In this document: positions 10,018-20,691 of the stretch, one piece after another | Layout: each line of letters begins with the position of its first letter | Numbering within the stretch: the first letter of the stretch is position 1 | Origin: Candidatus Bathyarchaeota archaeon | Lineage (GTDB): Archaea; Thermoproteota; Bathyarchaeia; Bathyarchaeales; Bathycorpusculaceae | Direction: 5' to 3' | NCBI GenBank assembly: GCA_963768425.1 | Contig: CAVYHV010000014.1 | Location: 256,001 to 320,000 of the forward strand | Length of the DNA stretch: 64,000 bases | Made by a program: the position numbers and the translations under genes | The notes under the pieces: model-generated | What the model was told of the DNA's origin: nothing | Databases searched by the model: none | Seen by the model: only the letters and a program-made list of their open reading frames with translations

Positions 10018-12685
10018 TTATGGGTGTTTTCTTGTGACTAGGACTGCGACTATGGCGATGCCTACGATGAAGACAATGATCATTGCGACGACTGCGTACA
10101 TGACTGTTGTGTTTGAGGCTAAGCCGCTAAGAGGCGTTGCTGTTGGTGCTGCTGTTGCTGCTGGTGAGCTAGGCATAGAATCCTGTGGAGGAAGTGGATC
10201 CAAAGTACGATTGTGTGCCTGCGAACACTGCGTAGATGGTGTAGTTGCCGGCTATGTCTGGTTTCCATGTGAATGAGTAGTCGCCCAAGCCATTTGTTGT
10301 TGTTGAGCCGATTGTTCGGTAGTTGCCGTTGGAATCTATGACCGCGAAAGTCACTGGAACACCAGTTACGTTGTGTGGCTCCGGCTGCTGCATGTAAACA
10401 GACTCCATAAACTGAGACATGCTTGCGTCAGAAACGCATGGTAAACCGTTGGGGAAGTTTGCTACAACTGCTTCTTGCTGAGAGCCTGCAGAAACATCCA
10501 TGACTGTGCCAGTTATCGTTATCGGTGTGGCTGTTGTCACGCCAATGTCAGGTGCCGAAATGGTAGTTTTACTTGGTCCCATGCCGTAGGCATATATCTG
10601 ATTGTCATAAGCGTTTAGTGTTGTCATGATGCCGTCTGAAATGGCAGGAGCGGTGGTAACGTCAAAAGCGTCTATGCTCCATACAATTTGTCCGTTGGTT
10701 ATGTTCAAAGCCAGTTGTTGCGCACCATGGAATAGCGGCGGACTGTACATGTGACCTTCAGGAACGAATAGCTTACCATCAGCGACTGTACCAACATTGA
10801 AGGTCCACAGAGGTTCTACACCGTATGGTGATTCATACCCACCACTCGGAGTATGATAATGCCAGTTGACAGCTCCGGTTGCAAGGTTAATGGAATAAAC
10901 GTCTCCGCCGTATAGCCATATGTAAATTGTGCCGTTAGCGATAACATCGTTAGCTCCGAGAGAATCGAAAGGATTAGCACTTGGAAGCGTTACAGGCCCC
11001 CAAAGCTCCTTCCCCGTAGTGACACTGTACCCGCTAGCTGATAAGGTAGCCAAAGCCATTTCCACTTCAACGCCGTCTCCTGTCCAGGTGCTGGTGCCTA
11101 TGATTGAACCTATAATTGAGAACGCTGGTTCAGTTCGATTAGTTATCCATAACTGTGCTCCTGTGGCTGCGCTGTAACCTGCTTCAATCTGCCATCCAGG
11201 CTGATAGAACAATGCTGTGACCGATTCCGCTGTGGCTTCAGTCATCAATACCACGCCACTTGCAATTGCGTAGATGCCAAGTCCATATAGACCGTTTGCG
11301 TAGTCAATGAGCGGCGAACCCGAAAGCGTTGCTGCTAATGGGGCTGACCATTGTATGCCTAAGCTGAAGTCAATGACTGCATCCTGTGGGGGTCGCCACA
11401 TCCAGTTATCTGCTACTGGTGGACCGCCATAGGAGTTGGGAACTGCAAGGTTGATGCATCTAGTAGAGTTCCACATATCCAGCGTATTGTCGGTGCCGTT
11501 GACGTAGTAACCTATCAGATCTCCTCGCTCATCAGTCGTAAGTGGTATGCCATACCCGCTAGATGTTGAAGGAGTGTTGGAAATGGTCAGAATATAGTTG
11601 CCTGTCATGGCGTCCCACATCTCTAAAGAATTGCCCAGACTGGCTCCTAGATTTTCATACTCGACTGGTGAGCCAAGAGGTTGGCTCCAAAGGTATGCGA
11701 GGGCTCCGTACTGGTTTGGCACGACCATGTTGAGTATTTGACCGCATCTTAATACTTCGGTGGTGTTTTTGGTCCATAATGTTTGTCCGGTGCTTAAGTC
11801 AACAGCAGCCCAACCCGCCGGATTAGCTGCGCTACCTGGATATATCGTGTAATATAGGATGCCGTTCATGATTATTGGTGCAAATTTGGGTTCATATTGC
11901 GAGGTTGCGTAGAAGTTGGCGCTTTCGCCGCCCCCGAATTCTCCGCCGATTGTGCCTCCGAAAGCCTCAGGTTTTGTCCACAAGATATGTGCAGTGTTAG
12001 GCGCGGTGGTATAAGGGTTGTAGTTGCCGGTAGTGTTGTACATTCCAGTGTTGGCGAATGCTGATTGTCCAGTTCCTAGCCAGTTTCCGGCGATAGAGTA
12101 CCAATTGCTGTTCATAGCGTAAATTGGGCGCGTCCAGTAGGTTGCCGGAAGAGGAGTTACGGGCGCACCGCCTATCGGTTGCTGTTGAACTGTGACTGTA
12201 AATTTGTTGCTGGAGCTTGGCTGATAGTAGTCGCCTATGAAAACGTTCGCGAAAGGTCCCGAAGATGGAGTCCCTGGAGGGAGATTGTTGCCAGCGAGTG
12301 TTTCGCCACCAAAGGACATCTGGAAAGTGTAGTTACCGGTTGTCGATGGTACAAAGGTTGTTACTGTTCCGCCAGTCGCATCGGACGTAAAAGACCCTAA
12401 TGTTGAAGTTGTTCCATCAGGCTTTGTGACTGTAACTGTTAGGTTTTGCCATCTGTCACCGTACTGACCACTCGCAGTAGGTGGTGGTTGATTGACCCAG
12501 AAGTTAACATTAACTTTTTGTCCGACACCGATTGGATTTGGTGAAACGCTTATGAAAGAATAGGTTACGATATTCCAAGCAGGCGTATGTGCATTGGCGC
12601 TCGGCAAAAGTAGGGTTGATGCCCCCATCGAAATCATCAGTAATATAGCAATCGAAATAGCTCTTGCTTTATGTAAAAACTTCAT
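10018..12685 (-). CDS. Large secreted, C-terminally anchored PQQ-type beta-propeller protein, copy A (frameshift at ~10172)
   Basis: Signal peptide, Ig-like N and C domains, repeated A.D..TG..LW blades, EGHMYSPP motif; Thr/Pro linker and TM tail continue in ORF 10018-10203. Confidence 0.85.
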
Positions 12686-12817
12686 TTTATTCATCATCCT
12701 TTTATTGCTTTTGTTAGCGAATAAAATATGATGTTTCACCTTATAAGTGAATTACAGAAAACGAAATACATCATAAAAAATTTAGTTCTAATGTTAAAAA
12801 AACAAGTAATCGCCCAT

Positions 12818-13306
12818 CTACCGATCACATGTTAGAGTGAAGTAAGGGTTTTCTTCTGCGTCGAAATTAAACTCTGATGGAATCGACCACTCTCTGTTCG
12901 TAAACAATAATACATCTATGTTTAGGATTCCGCGAAGGTTTTGGAGATAATGAATAATTTCGTGGAATTCTTCATAACTCTCAAGATAAGCCTCGATGTA
13001 AAATTCATAATCTCCCCACATTTCTCCAATAAGAAAAGCATACGGAGCATCTACAAGCTGACTCTTAAGGACTGCACAGGTTGACTCATTATTAATCTTG
13101 ATAAGCAGACCACAAAGCTCTTGAAAACCACAAGCTCGAAAATCTAAGACTACGGTTGAGTGCAAGATAACGCCATCATCTTGCAGTTTCTTAAACCTTC
13201 GGAAAACAGAATCAACCCCGATACCCAACTTTTTGGCAATTTTCACAAAAGGCATCCGAGCATCCTTTGAGAGAATACTAAGTATTTCAAAGTCTATATT
13301 ATCCAA
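12818..13306 (-). CDS. Lrp/AsnC family regulator
   Basis: DxIDFEILSILSKDARMPFVKIAKKLG HTH; GDYE RAM domain. Confidence 0.9.
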   Translation of the reverse strand: MDNIDFEILSILSKDARMPFVKIAKKLGIGVDSVFRRFKKLQDDGVILHSTVVLDFRACGFQELCGLLIKINNESTCAVLKSQLVDAPYAFLIGEMWGDYEFYIEAYLESYEEFHEIIHYLQNLRGILNIDVLLFTNREWSIPSEFNFDAEENPYFTLTCDR

Positions 13307-13769
13307 AAGGTTTATCCTCCTTAAGTAGATGAGCGTTGAGCGACTTATAGTTATAATAAAACGTCCTCTTTACACTAATCCTGACGTCAAGCACAGCAGG
13401 ATGTTGCTTTATCAATTCCTTGAATTTGTGTACATCAATCAAGTTTTTGGCATCCATGATTGCAAGCATATTGTATTGACCAACGGTCCTGTAGCTTACA
13501 ATCAAAGTGTCTTTGATTCTTAACCCATTGACGTATGTCGCAACTTCCTCAAGTCTCGAATCAACAACTCTTATTTCAAATCCAGCTGAATGAGGAAAAC
13601 CTATTTTTGAATAATCTAGCACAAGCGTAGAACCCTTGATTATTCCCTTTCTCACCATTTTAGTATAACGTGCTTGAACAACCCCCGGCTTTGCATTTAT
13701 TATTTTAGCAATGTCCGAAAAAGTCATTCTTGCATCTTTTTGCAACTCAAATATTATTTTGCAATCCAA
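13299..13769 (-). CDS. Lrp/AsnC family regulator
   Basis: LQKDARMTFSDIAK; VGQYN. Confidence 0.9.
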   Translation of the reverse strand: MDCKIIFELQKDARMTFSDIAKIINAKPGVVQARYTKMVRKGIIKGSTLVLDYSKIGFPHSAGFEIRVVDSRLEEVATYVNGLRIKDTLIVSYRTVGQYNMLAIMDAKNLIDVHKFKELIKQHPAVLDVRISVKRTFYYNYKSLNAHLLKEDKPFG

Positions 13770-13912
13770 AGAGTCAAGGCGAGACAGGCAAACAACCCCT
13801 ATTCACTTAATTGTGAGACAGAGTGATGCGCTTACCAATTAATATTCTTGCTGAACCTTAAATTATTAATTTAGCCAAAGCTTGCAAAAATAGGTCACTC
13901 TTTTGTTTCTGT

Positions 13913-14033
13913 GGTTTTGCTGAGGCTCCGGAAACTAAGGAAGAAAAGTTTTTTCTTTAGGAGAAAAAAGAAAAATGCAAACTCTTCAATTGCAGCTATT
14001 TCGAATGTAACCAGAGCCTTCTCAGCCACCATT
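13913..14033. repeat. Conserved ~120-bp non-coding element, copy 2
   Basis: Similar to 9826-9938; sits at the junction between the two modules. Confidence 0.85.
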
Positions 14034-14092
14034 TTAGGCATCTTCAAATTTAGACTAAAAAAGGGAGGGAAAATAGTTCCCATTGTTTCACT

Positions 14093-16765
14093 TTAAGGGT
14101 GTTTTCTGGTGACGAGCATTGCAATTAGGGCGATGCCTACGATGAAGACAATGATCATTGCGACGACTGAGTACATGACTGTGGTGTTTGACGCTAAGCC
14201 GCTGAGTGGTGTTGCTGTCGGTGCTGCTGTTGCTGAAGGCGCATTAGCGAGGAAAGCTGTTTGGGCGGATGAGCCGTAATATGACGATGTGCCTGCGAAT
14301 GTGGCGGTGACAGTGTAGTTGCCGGCTATGTCAGGCTTCCAATTGAGGCTGAAGAAGCCGCTTGCGTCTGTTTTGGTTGTGCCGATTGCTCTGTAGTTGT
14401 TGTTGCTGTCTAAGACGTAGAGTGTGACTGGAACTCCGGTTATGTTGGTAGGCATTGGTTGTTGCTCGTAAACGGCTTCCATGAACTGCGTCATACTTGC
14501 GTCGGATACGCATGGTAGGCCGTTGGGGAAGTTTGCTGCAACTGCTTCTTGGCTTGCGCCTGCTGAGATGTCAGTAATTGTGCCGTCAAGAACTATTGGT
14601 GCTCCAACCGTGGTAACAGGGGTCGGTGCCGTGACCGTGGTTTTGCTTGGCCCCATTCCCCATGCGTATACCTGGTTGTCGTAAGCGTTTAGAGTAGTCA
14701 TGATGCCGTCTGAAATAGCAGGTGCACTAGTAACGTCGAAAGCGTCAATGCTCCATACAACTTGCCCGTTGGTTATGTTCAAAGCCAGTTGTTGCGCACC
14801 ATGGAATAGCGGCGGACTGTACATGTGACCTTCAGGAACGAATAGCTTACCATCAGCGACTGTACCAACGTTAAATGTCCAAATAGGTTCTACGCCATAG
14901 GGCGATTCATAACCGCCACTTGGAGTGTGATAATGCCAGTTTACAGTTCCAGTTGCAATATTGATGGAATAGACGTCTCCGCCATATAGCCATATGTAAA
15001 TTGTGCCGTTAGCAATGACATCGTTAGCTCCGAGAGAGTCAAAAGGATTAGCACTTGGAAGCGTTACAGGCCCCCAAAGCTCCTTCCCCGTAGTGACACT
15101 GTACCCGCTAGCTGATAAGGTAGCCAAAGCCATTTCCACTTCAACGCCATCTCCCATCCAGTTGCTTGTGCCTACGATTGAGCCTATAATTGACCACGCT
15201 GGCTCTGTTCGATTAGTTATCCATAACTGTGCTCCTGTGGCTGCGCTGTAACCTGCCTCAATCATCCATCCCGGCTGATAGAGTGTGCTGTACCATTCCA
15301 CTGTAATTTCAGTCATCAGTATCACACCGCTTGCAATTGCGTAGATGCCAAGTCCATATAGACCGTTTGCGTAGTCAATGAGCGGCGAACCCGAAAGGGT
15401 GGTTGCAAGTGGGGCTGACCATTGTATGCCTAAGCTGAAGTCGATGACTGCGTCCTGTGGGGGTCGCCACATCCAGTTATCTGCTACCGGTGGACCGCCA
15501 GCAGAGTTGGGAGTTGCAAGGTTGATGCATCTAGTAGAGTTCCACATATTCAGCGTGTTATCGGTGGAGTTGACGTAGTAGCCGATCAAATTACCGTGAT
15601 CATCTTCCGTAAGCGCCGAACCACCAAGAGCCGAACCAAGTCCTGATGGAATGTCATTAATCGTAAGGATATAGTTGCCTGTCATGGCGTCCCACATCTC
15701 TAAAGAATTGACTGAACTCACTCCTAGAGGTCCCCATTCTACTGAGTTGCCAAGAGGTTGGCTCCACAGGTATGCGAGGGCTCCGTACTGATTAGGTATG
15801 ACTATGTCTAAGTATTTGACCACATCGTAGTACCTCAGTAGTGTTTTTAGTCCATAGTGTCTGTCCGGTGCTTAAGTCAACAGCAGCCCAACCCGCCGGA
15901 TTAGCTGCGCTTCCCGGATATATTGTATAATAAAGTATGCCGTTCATGATTATTGGTGCAAATTTGGGTTCATATTGCGAGGTTGCATAGAAGTTGGCGC
16001 TTTCGCTGCCCCCGAATTCCCCTCCGATTGTACCGCCGAAAGCCTCAGGTTTTGTCCACAAGATATGTGCAGAGTTGGGCGCAGTGGTATACGGGTTATA
16101 ATTACCAGTATCATTGTACATTCCAGTATTGGCGAACGACGATTGTCCAGTACCCAGCCAATTTCCTGCGATGGAGTACCAATTGCTGTTTTCAGCGCAT
16201 ATTGGTCGTGTCCAGTAGGTTGTCGGAAGAGGAGTTACGGGTGCACCGCCTATTGGTTGTTGTTGAACTGTAAGTGTAAATTTGTTGCCTAGAGCTTGGC
16301 TCATAGTAGTCACCGATGAAAACATTAGCGCCCAGGTCCAGATGTGGGAGTTCCAGGAGGCAAATTGTTGCCCGCAACGGTTTGTCCGCCAAAGAACATT
16401 TGAAAAGTGTAATTGCCTGCGGTTGAAGGTGTGAAGGTGGTTACTGTCCCGCCGGTTGCGTCGGATGTGAAGGATCCTAATGTTGAAGTTGTTCCGTCAG
16501 GTTTTGTGACTGCGACTGTTAGGTTTTGCCATCGGTCACCGTACTGAGCACTAGCTGTGGGTGGTGGTTGATTGACCCAGAAGTTAACATCAACTTTTTG
16601 TCCGACACCGATTGGATTGGGTGAAACGCTGATGAAAGAATAGGTCTGAATGTTCAATGCAGGTGTATGTGCATTAGCGCTCGGTAACAGCAGTGTTGGT
16701 GTTCCCATCGAAATTATTAACAAGACCGCAATCGAAATAGCTATTGTCTTATGTAAAATCTTCAT
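14093..16765 (-). CDS. Large secreted PQQ-type beta-propeller protein, copy B (three single-base insertions at ~16330, ~16290, ~15820)
   Basis: ORFs 16325-16885, 16192-16392, 15792-16325 and 14093-15823 join into a paralogue collinear with copy A. Confidence 0.85.
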
Positions 16766-16900
16766 TTTTTTCACAATCCTTTTTTGACAAGTAAGGTAAA
16801 CTATGACGTTTACCCTTATAAGCCTCCAAAAAAATGCGGAATATGACATAATAATGGCTATTGGAGTGTCAAAAATAAGGCGCAAAAGACCTCTGCAAAA

Positions 16901-17386
16901 TTATTCGTGAGTTTGGGTAAAGTAGGGAGCATCTTTCACATAAAAACAAGGGTCTGATGGAATTGGCAATTCTCTGCTAGTAAACAGCATTGTATCTATA
17001 TTCAAGACTCCTGTGATGTTTTGAAGATAACGAATGAGTTCGAGGAGTTCTGGATAACTCTTAAAATAGGATTCGATATAGAATTCATAGTCTCCCCACA
17101 TTTCCGCAATGAGAAAAGCGTTAGGGGCAGTCCGGAGCTTACTCTTGAGGACTTCTAAGTCGCATTCGTTACTGGTTTTTATGAGAAGACCACAGAGCCC
17201 TTCAAAACCGCAAGCTTGAAAATCTAAGACCACGGTTGAAAACAAGATAACACCGTCATCTTGCAGTTTCTTAAACCTTCGGCAAACGGAATCCTCTCCA
17301 ATCCCCAGCTTCTTCGCAATTTTTACGAATGGCGTCCTGGCGTCTTTTGAAAGAATGCTAAGCATTTCAAGGTCTGTTTTGTCCAA
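16901..17386 (-). CDS. Lrp/AsnC family regulator (paralogue of 12818-13306)
   Basis: SILSKDARTPFVKIAKKLGIG; MWGDYEF. Confidence 0.9.
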   Translation of the reverse strand: MDKTDLEMLSILSKDARTPFVKIAKKLGIGEDSVCRRFKKLQDDGVILFSTVVLDFQACGFEGLCGLLIKTSNECDLEVLKSKLRTAPNAFLIAEMWGDYEFYIESYFKSYPELLELIRYLQNITGVLNIDTMLFTSRELPIPSDPCFYVKDAPYFTQTHE

Positions 17387-17849
17387 TAGGTTTGTTCTCC
17401 TTAAGTAGTTGAAGATTGAGCGAATCATAGTTATAATAAAACGCTCTCATCACACTGATTCTGACTTCAAGAACCGCAGGATGTTGTTTTATCATTTCCT
17501 TGAATTTATGCACATCAATCAAGTTCCTCGCATCCATGACGGCGAGCATATTAAATCGACCCAAAGTCTTGAATTTGACGATTAGAGTATCCTCGATCTT
17601 TAAGCCACCTATGTATCTGTCAAATTCTTCAATTTTGGAGTCAACAACTTTTATTTCCAGCCCAGCGGAATAGGGAAAGCCTATTTTAGAATAATCTAAG
17701 GCAAGCGTGGACCCTTTGATTATGCCTCTTTTTACCATCTTGTTATACCGCATCTGCACAACCCCACGCTTTGCGTTCACTGCTATAGCAATATCAGAAA
17801 ATGTCATCCGCGCATCTTTTTGTAGCTCAAGTATTATTTTGCAATCCAA
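17367..17849 (-). CDS. Lrp/AsnC family regulator (paralogue of 13299-13769)
   Basis: LQKDARMTFSDIA; IKQHPAV. Confidence 0.9.
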   Translation of the reverse strand: MDCKIILELQKDARMTFSDIAIAVNAKRGVVQMRYNKMVKRGIIKGSTLALDYSKIGFPYSAGLEIKVVDSKIEEFDRYIGGLKIEDTLIVKFKTLGRFNMLAVMDARNLIDVHKFKEMIKQHPAVLEVRISVMRAFYYNYDSLNLQLLKENKPIGQNRP

Positions 17850-18190
17850 AGAGTCTAGTTGAGGCAGACAAACAGCCCCTATCCGTTATTTAAGAAGCAA
17901 TCTAATGCATTCACCTGTTAATATTCTTGCTGAACTTCTGATCGTGCGCCGACCACAGTTTCCAGCAGATGATAAGGCTTAACGCTTTTGAACATCGTAT
18001 ACATTTATCTTATGTCATTTTTCGCCTTTTGGAGTCGGGATTGGCGAAAAACTTAAGTTGTGAGCTAAAAAGATAAGCCAGACATCAGGGGGAACATTGC
18101 AGACGATAGATAAAGACTGCAGTTGTTGGAGATAAAGTTAGAACAAGAAGGGCTAGAAGGCTCTTTTTGATTTAGTTCAAAGAAGAACAA

Positions 18191-19393
18191 GTGGGACATC
18201 TGGGGATTGCGAAACAAGTGACAAAACAGTCAGAATTCCGTAAACTTGCCGCAAATATTACTGGACTTGACAGAGATGTCAAACTCATTGTTGCTTCGTA
18301 TCTTGTGTTCTATTTTGGAGACTGCCTTCTACATTTTCACTTTACCAGTTTATCTCAGACAATTGAGTGCAACCTCCTTGGAAGTTGGCGTATTCTATGC
18401 CTTGGATTGGCTAAGCAGCGGCGTTTCAATTCTTCTAGGCGGATACTTAATCACGAGAGTGGGAATCAAGAAAATCTTGATCATGAGCTCCTTGGTTTGG
18501 TTGCCCATGCCGCTTGCACTAGCATTTGCCTCTAACTGGACGCAAGTAGTTCTGCCGACGATCCTATACGGGACCTATCTGGGTTTCTCAGCAGTCTGTT
18601 TCTATCTCATAAAGGGTACAGTGAAGGGTGGGCGCATGTTAGCCTTCGGGCTATGGTCTTCATCGCAATCCCTCAGTTATATTATTTCTCCGTTAATCGG
18701 TGGAATTATAGCCTCAACGATTAGTAAACAAACTGTATTTCTGTTAGCTTTTGTCTTCTATTCACTATCCATCCTTCCACTCTTCTTAGTCAAGGGTTTG
18801 CATCAAAAAGGAGAGGAGGACTTACCTGCTGAGAAGGCACAGATGTTCCCAAAAATGGCACAAAAGTTTTTTTGCTGTCGATAGTCGTCTGCCTGGCTAT
18901 GTTTTTTCTCTGGACGATTTACCCCCTAATTCCTCAATTTGAAAACGAAGTATATCACCTAAACATATTCAATCTCGGAATTCTGGGAACGATGACATTT
19001 GCAGGGTGGTTTTTCTTTTCATTCCTGTTGGGGAGAATTGGAGATACAATCTCCCAGATGAAAGCTCTGACAATTGCATTATTTTTGAGTGGTCTATCTT
19101 TCGTTGCTATATTAGCCTTTCACAGCCTTACTTTGCTCGTTTTGGCATCTTTCTTTTCTGGAGCTTCGTATACCGTGCTATATTTGGCACCTGGAATCAT
19201 CGCGACAGCCGCAACCACGCAGTCAATGACAAAGTGGGTTTCCATTAGCCAATCAAGCGTTTGCTTCGCATCTTGCATCGGGGCACTAATTAGCGGAAGA
19301 ATTTATGAAGTCTGGATCTATCTACCATTCTTAATTGCCATCGCTGCCTTGACCACTCTGGCAATCATCACGATGAAAATCAGCGCGTGCTAA
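18191..19393 (+). CDS. MFS transporter (frameshifts at ~18325 and ~18870)
   Basis: About 12 hydrophobic helices over three ORFs; motif A-like GYLITRVGIK and GRIGDTIS. Confidence 0.8.
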
Positions 19394-19511
19394 CAAGTAA
19401 TAAAGAGGTCGCAATAGTCTCAAGCATATTCGTCGTTAGCGGGCGCCGGTGTTTGAATGGCCCAAGGTTCAAATCTGCTCCTCATGTCATTAGTTGGAAA
19501 ATCTGCAACTA

Positions 19512-19718
19512 TTAAGCCGTATAAAACGTTTGCGTCGAAGAGTCCTGTATTTCAAAAGGCATAGATTTGGTGACGCGAAGAATACATGCAGAAGGACCAG
19601 TCGTAACGTAAACAATTTCGACATCTGGTAATTCGGTCTTTATTAATTCCCTGATTTTATCGAAGTCTTTTTGGTTCGCTTTAAATATGATTGCTCCCGG
19701 CCTGATTTTTTTGTACAA
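19512..19718 (-). CDS. Hypothetical protein
   Basis: Protein-like 68-aa ORF co-oriented with the backbone. Confidence 0.5.
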   Translation of the reverse strand: MYKKIRPGAIIFKANQKDFDKIRELIKTELPDVEIVYVTTGPSACILRVTKSMPFEIQDSSTQTFYTA

Positions 19719-20000
19719 ACAGCTTTTGAAGTTGAAGGGGCATTTGGCTTTACAGCTTCCATATGATTGAAGCTTTTCTCATTCTCAATCAACATCTTTC
19801 TTCCCAACCTGTCGCATTCTTTTCTATTTCATTGCAGGGTTTGCTGAGGCTCTGTACACATGCTGTAACGTGGAAAAGGATTTGCTCCTTCTCTTTGTTA
19901 CAAGCACACACAGTGTGCGCTTGTTGTATGTGTGTAGGTGCATAGGTATGTCTGGTTGTGTTTGGTTTTAGTGGTAGTTAGTTGTGTTGGGTTGGTTGGA

Positions 20001-20156
20001 TTAAAATTTAGTCCTTTGACGGCTAGCTTCAGTTTCCTCTTGTTGAAGGACATAGCGACCGAAGCAAACACGGCAGTAACCTGACTTGTTTTCTCTTGAA
20101 AGCTTTGTGCCGCAGCCTCCTTTGCAAAATCTTTTGCTTAGAATTTTCTGAGCCAT
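20001..20156 (-). CDS. Small Zn-finger protein (51 aa, not in ORF track)
   Basis: MAQKILSKRFCKGGCGTKLSRENKSGYCRVCFGR...; TAATG overlap with the GNAT stop. Confidence 0.65.
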   Translation of the reverse strand: MAQKILSKRFCKGGCGTKLSRENKSGYCRVCFGRYVLQQEETEASRQRTKF

Positions 20157-20691
20157 TAGGCTATCCTCTTTGGAGTATATTGTAGGGTTACTGTTAGGCG
20201 TCTTTTGGCGTTAGAGTTGACGAGTTCACGGTTTATTCGGCTGTCATTTCTTCCGCTGCTGCCATGACCAAACCGCTTAACGCTCCAGCCCTGCATCTTG
20301 CCGTGAATCAACTGTGGGTTTGAAGTCAAGATGTAGAAGGGAAGATCAATTTGGCTGGTGTAGAAGTCAGCCATGAAATTAAGTAGACGTCGACCGACGC
20401 CGATGCCTTGATAATCCGGAAGGACCACGAGGCGACTGACACGATAATAATTTGACCGCATATGCACATGCGCAATAGCTATGAAAGCAATTGGTTTATC
20501 ATCATATTTCGCCGTGTAACAGCGGACTCCGGCGCCAAGCTGCTCCGTGTTTAGATAATGATGTTCCCTAAAGACCTGCCATAAGGATAAATTGCATTTA
20601 TGCACCGATAGATTGAGGGCAGGGTGGGATCGTTTTTTTTTACATCCAAATAATTGAAGAATTCAGAAGAGTCCACGTTATAGACCCAGTC
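20156..20691 (-). CDS. C-terminal part of ABC-ATPase/GNAT gene: linker plus GNAT acetyltransferase
   Basis: WQVFREHHYL, RVSRLVVLPDYQGIGVG (acetyl-CoA motif), TSNP; joined to the upstream frame through an A9 run at 20633-20641. Confidence 0.8.

Noticed and set aside
10018-16765. Diversity-generating retroelement (TR/VR pair)
   Set aside because: No reverse transcriptase in the window; differences include indels and are not adenine-specific.
9739-19489. 11-bp inverted repeat TGACATGAGGA (9739-9749 / 19479-19489) bracketing the cargo
   Set aside because: Position is suggestive, but 11-bp inverted matches are expected by chance in 64 kb; no transposase or TSD.
19441-19490. tRNA fragment or att site (GGTTCAAATC)
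   Set aside because: No convincing T-stem or acceptor stem, and no further match to the tRNA-Leu end.
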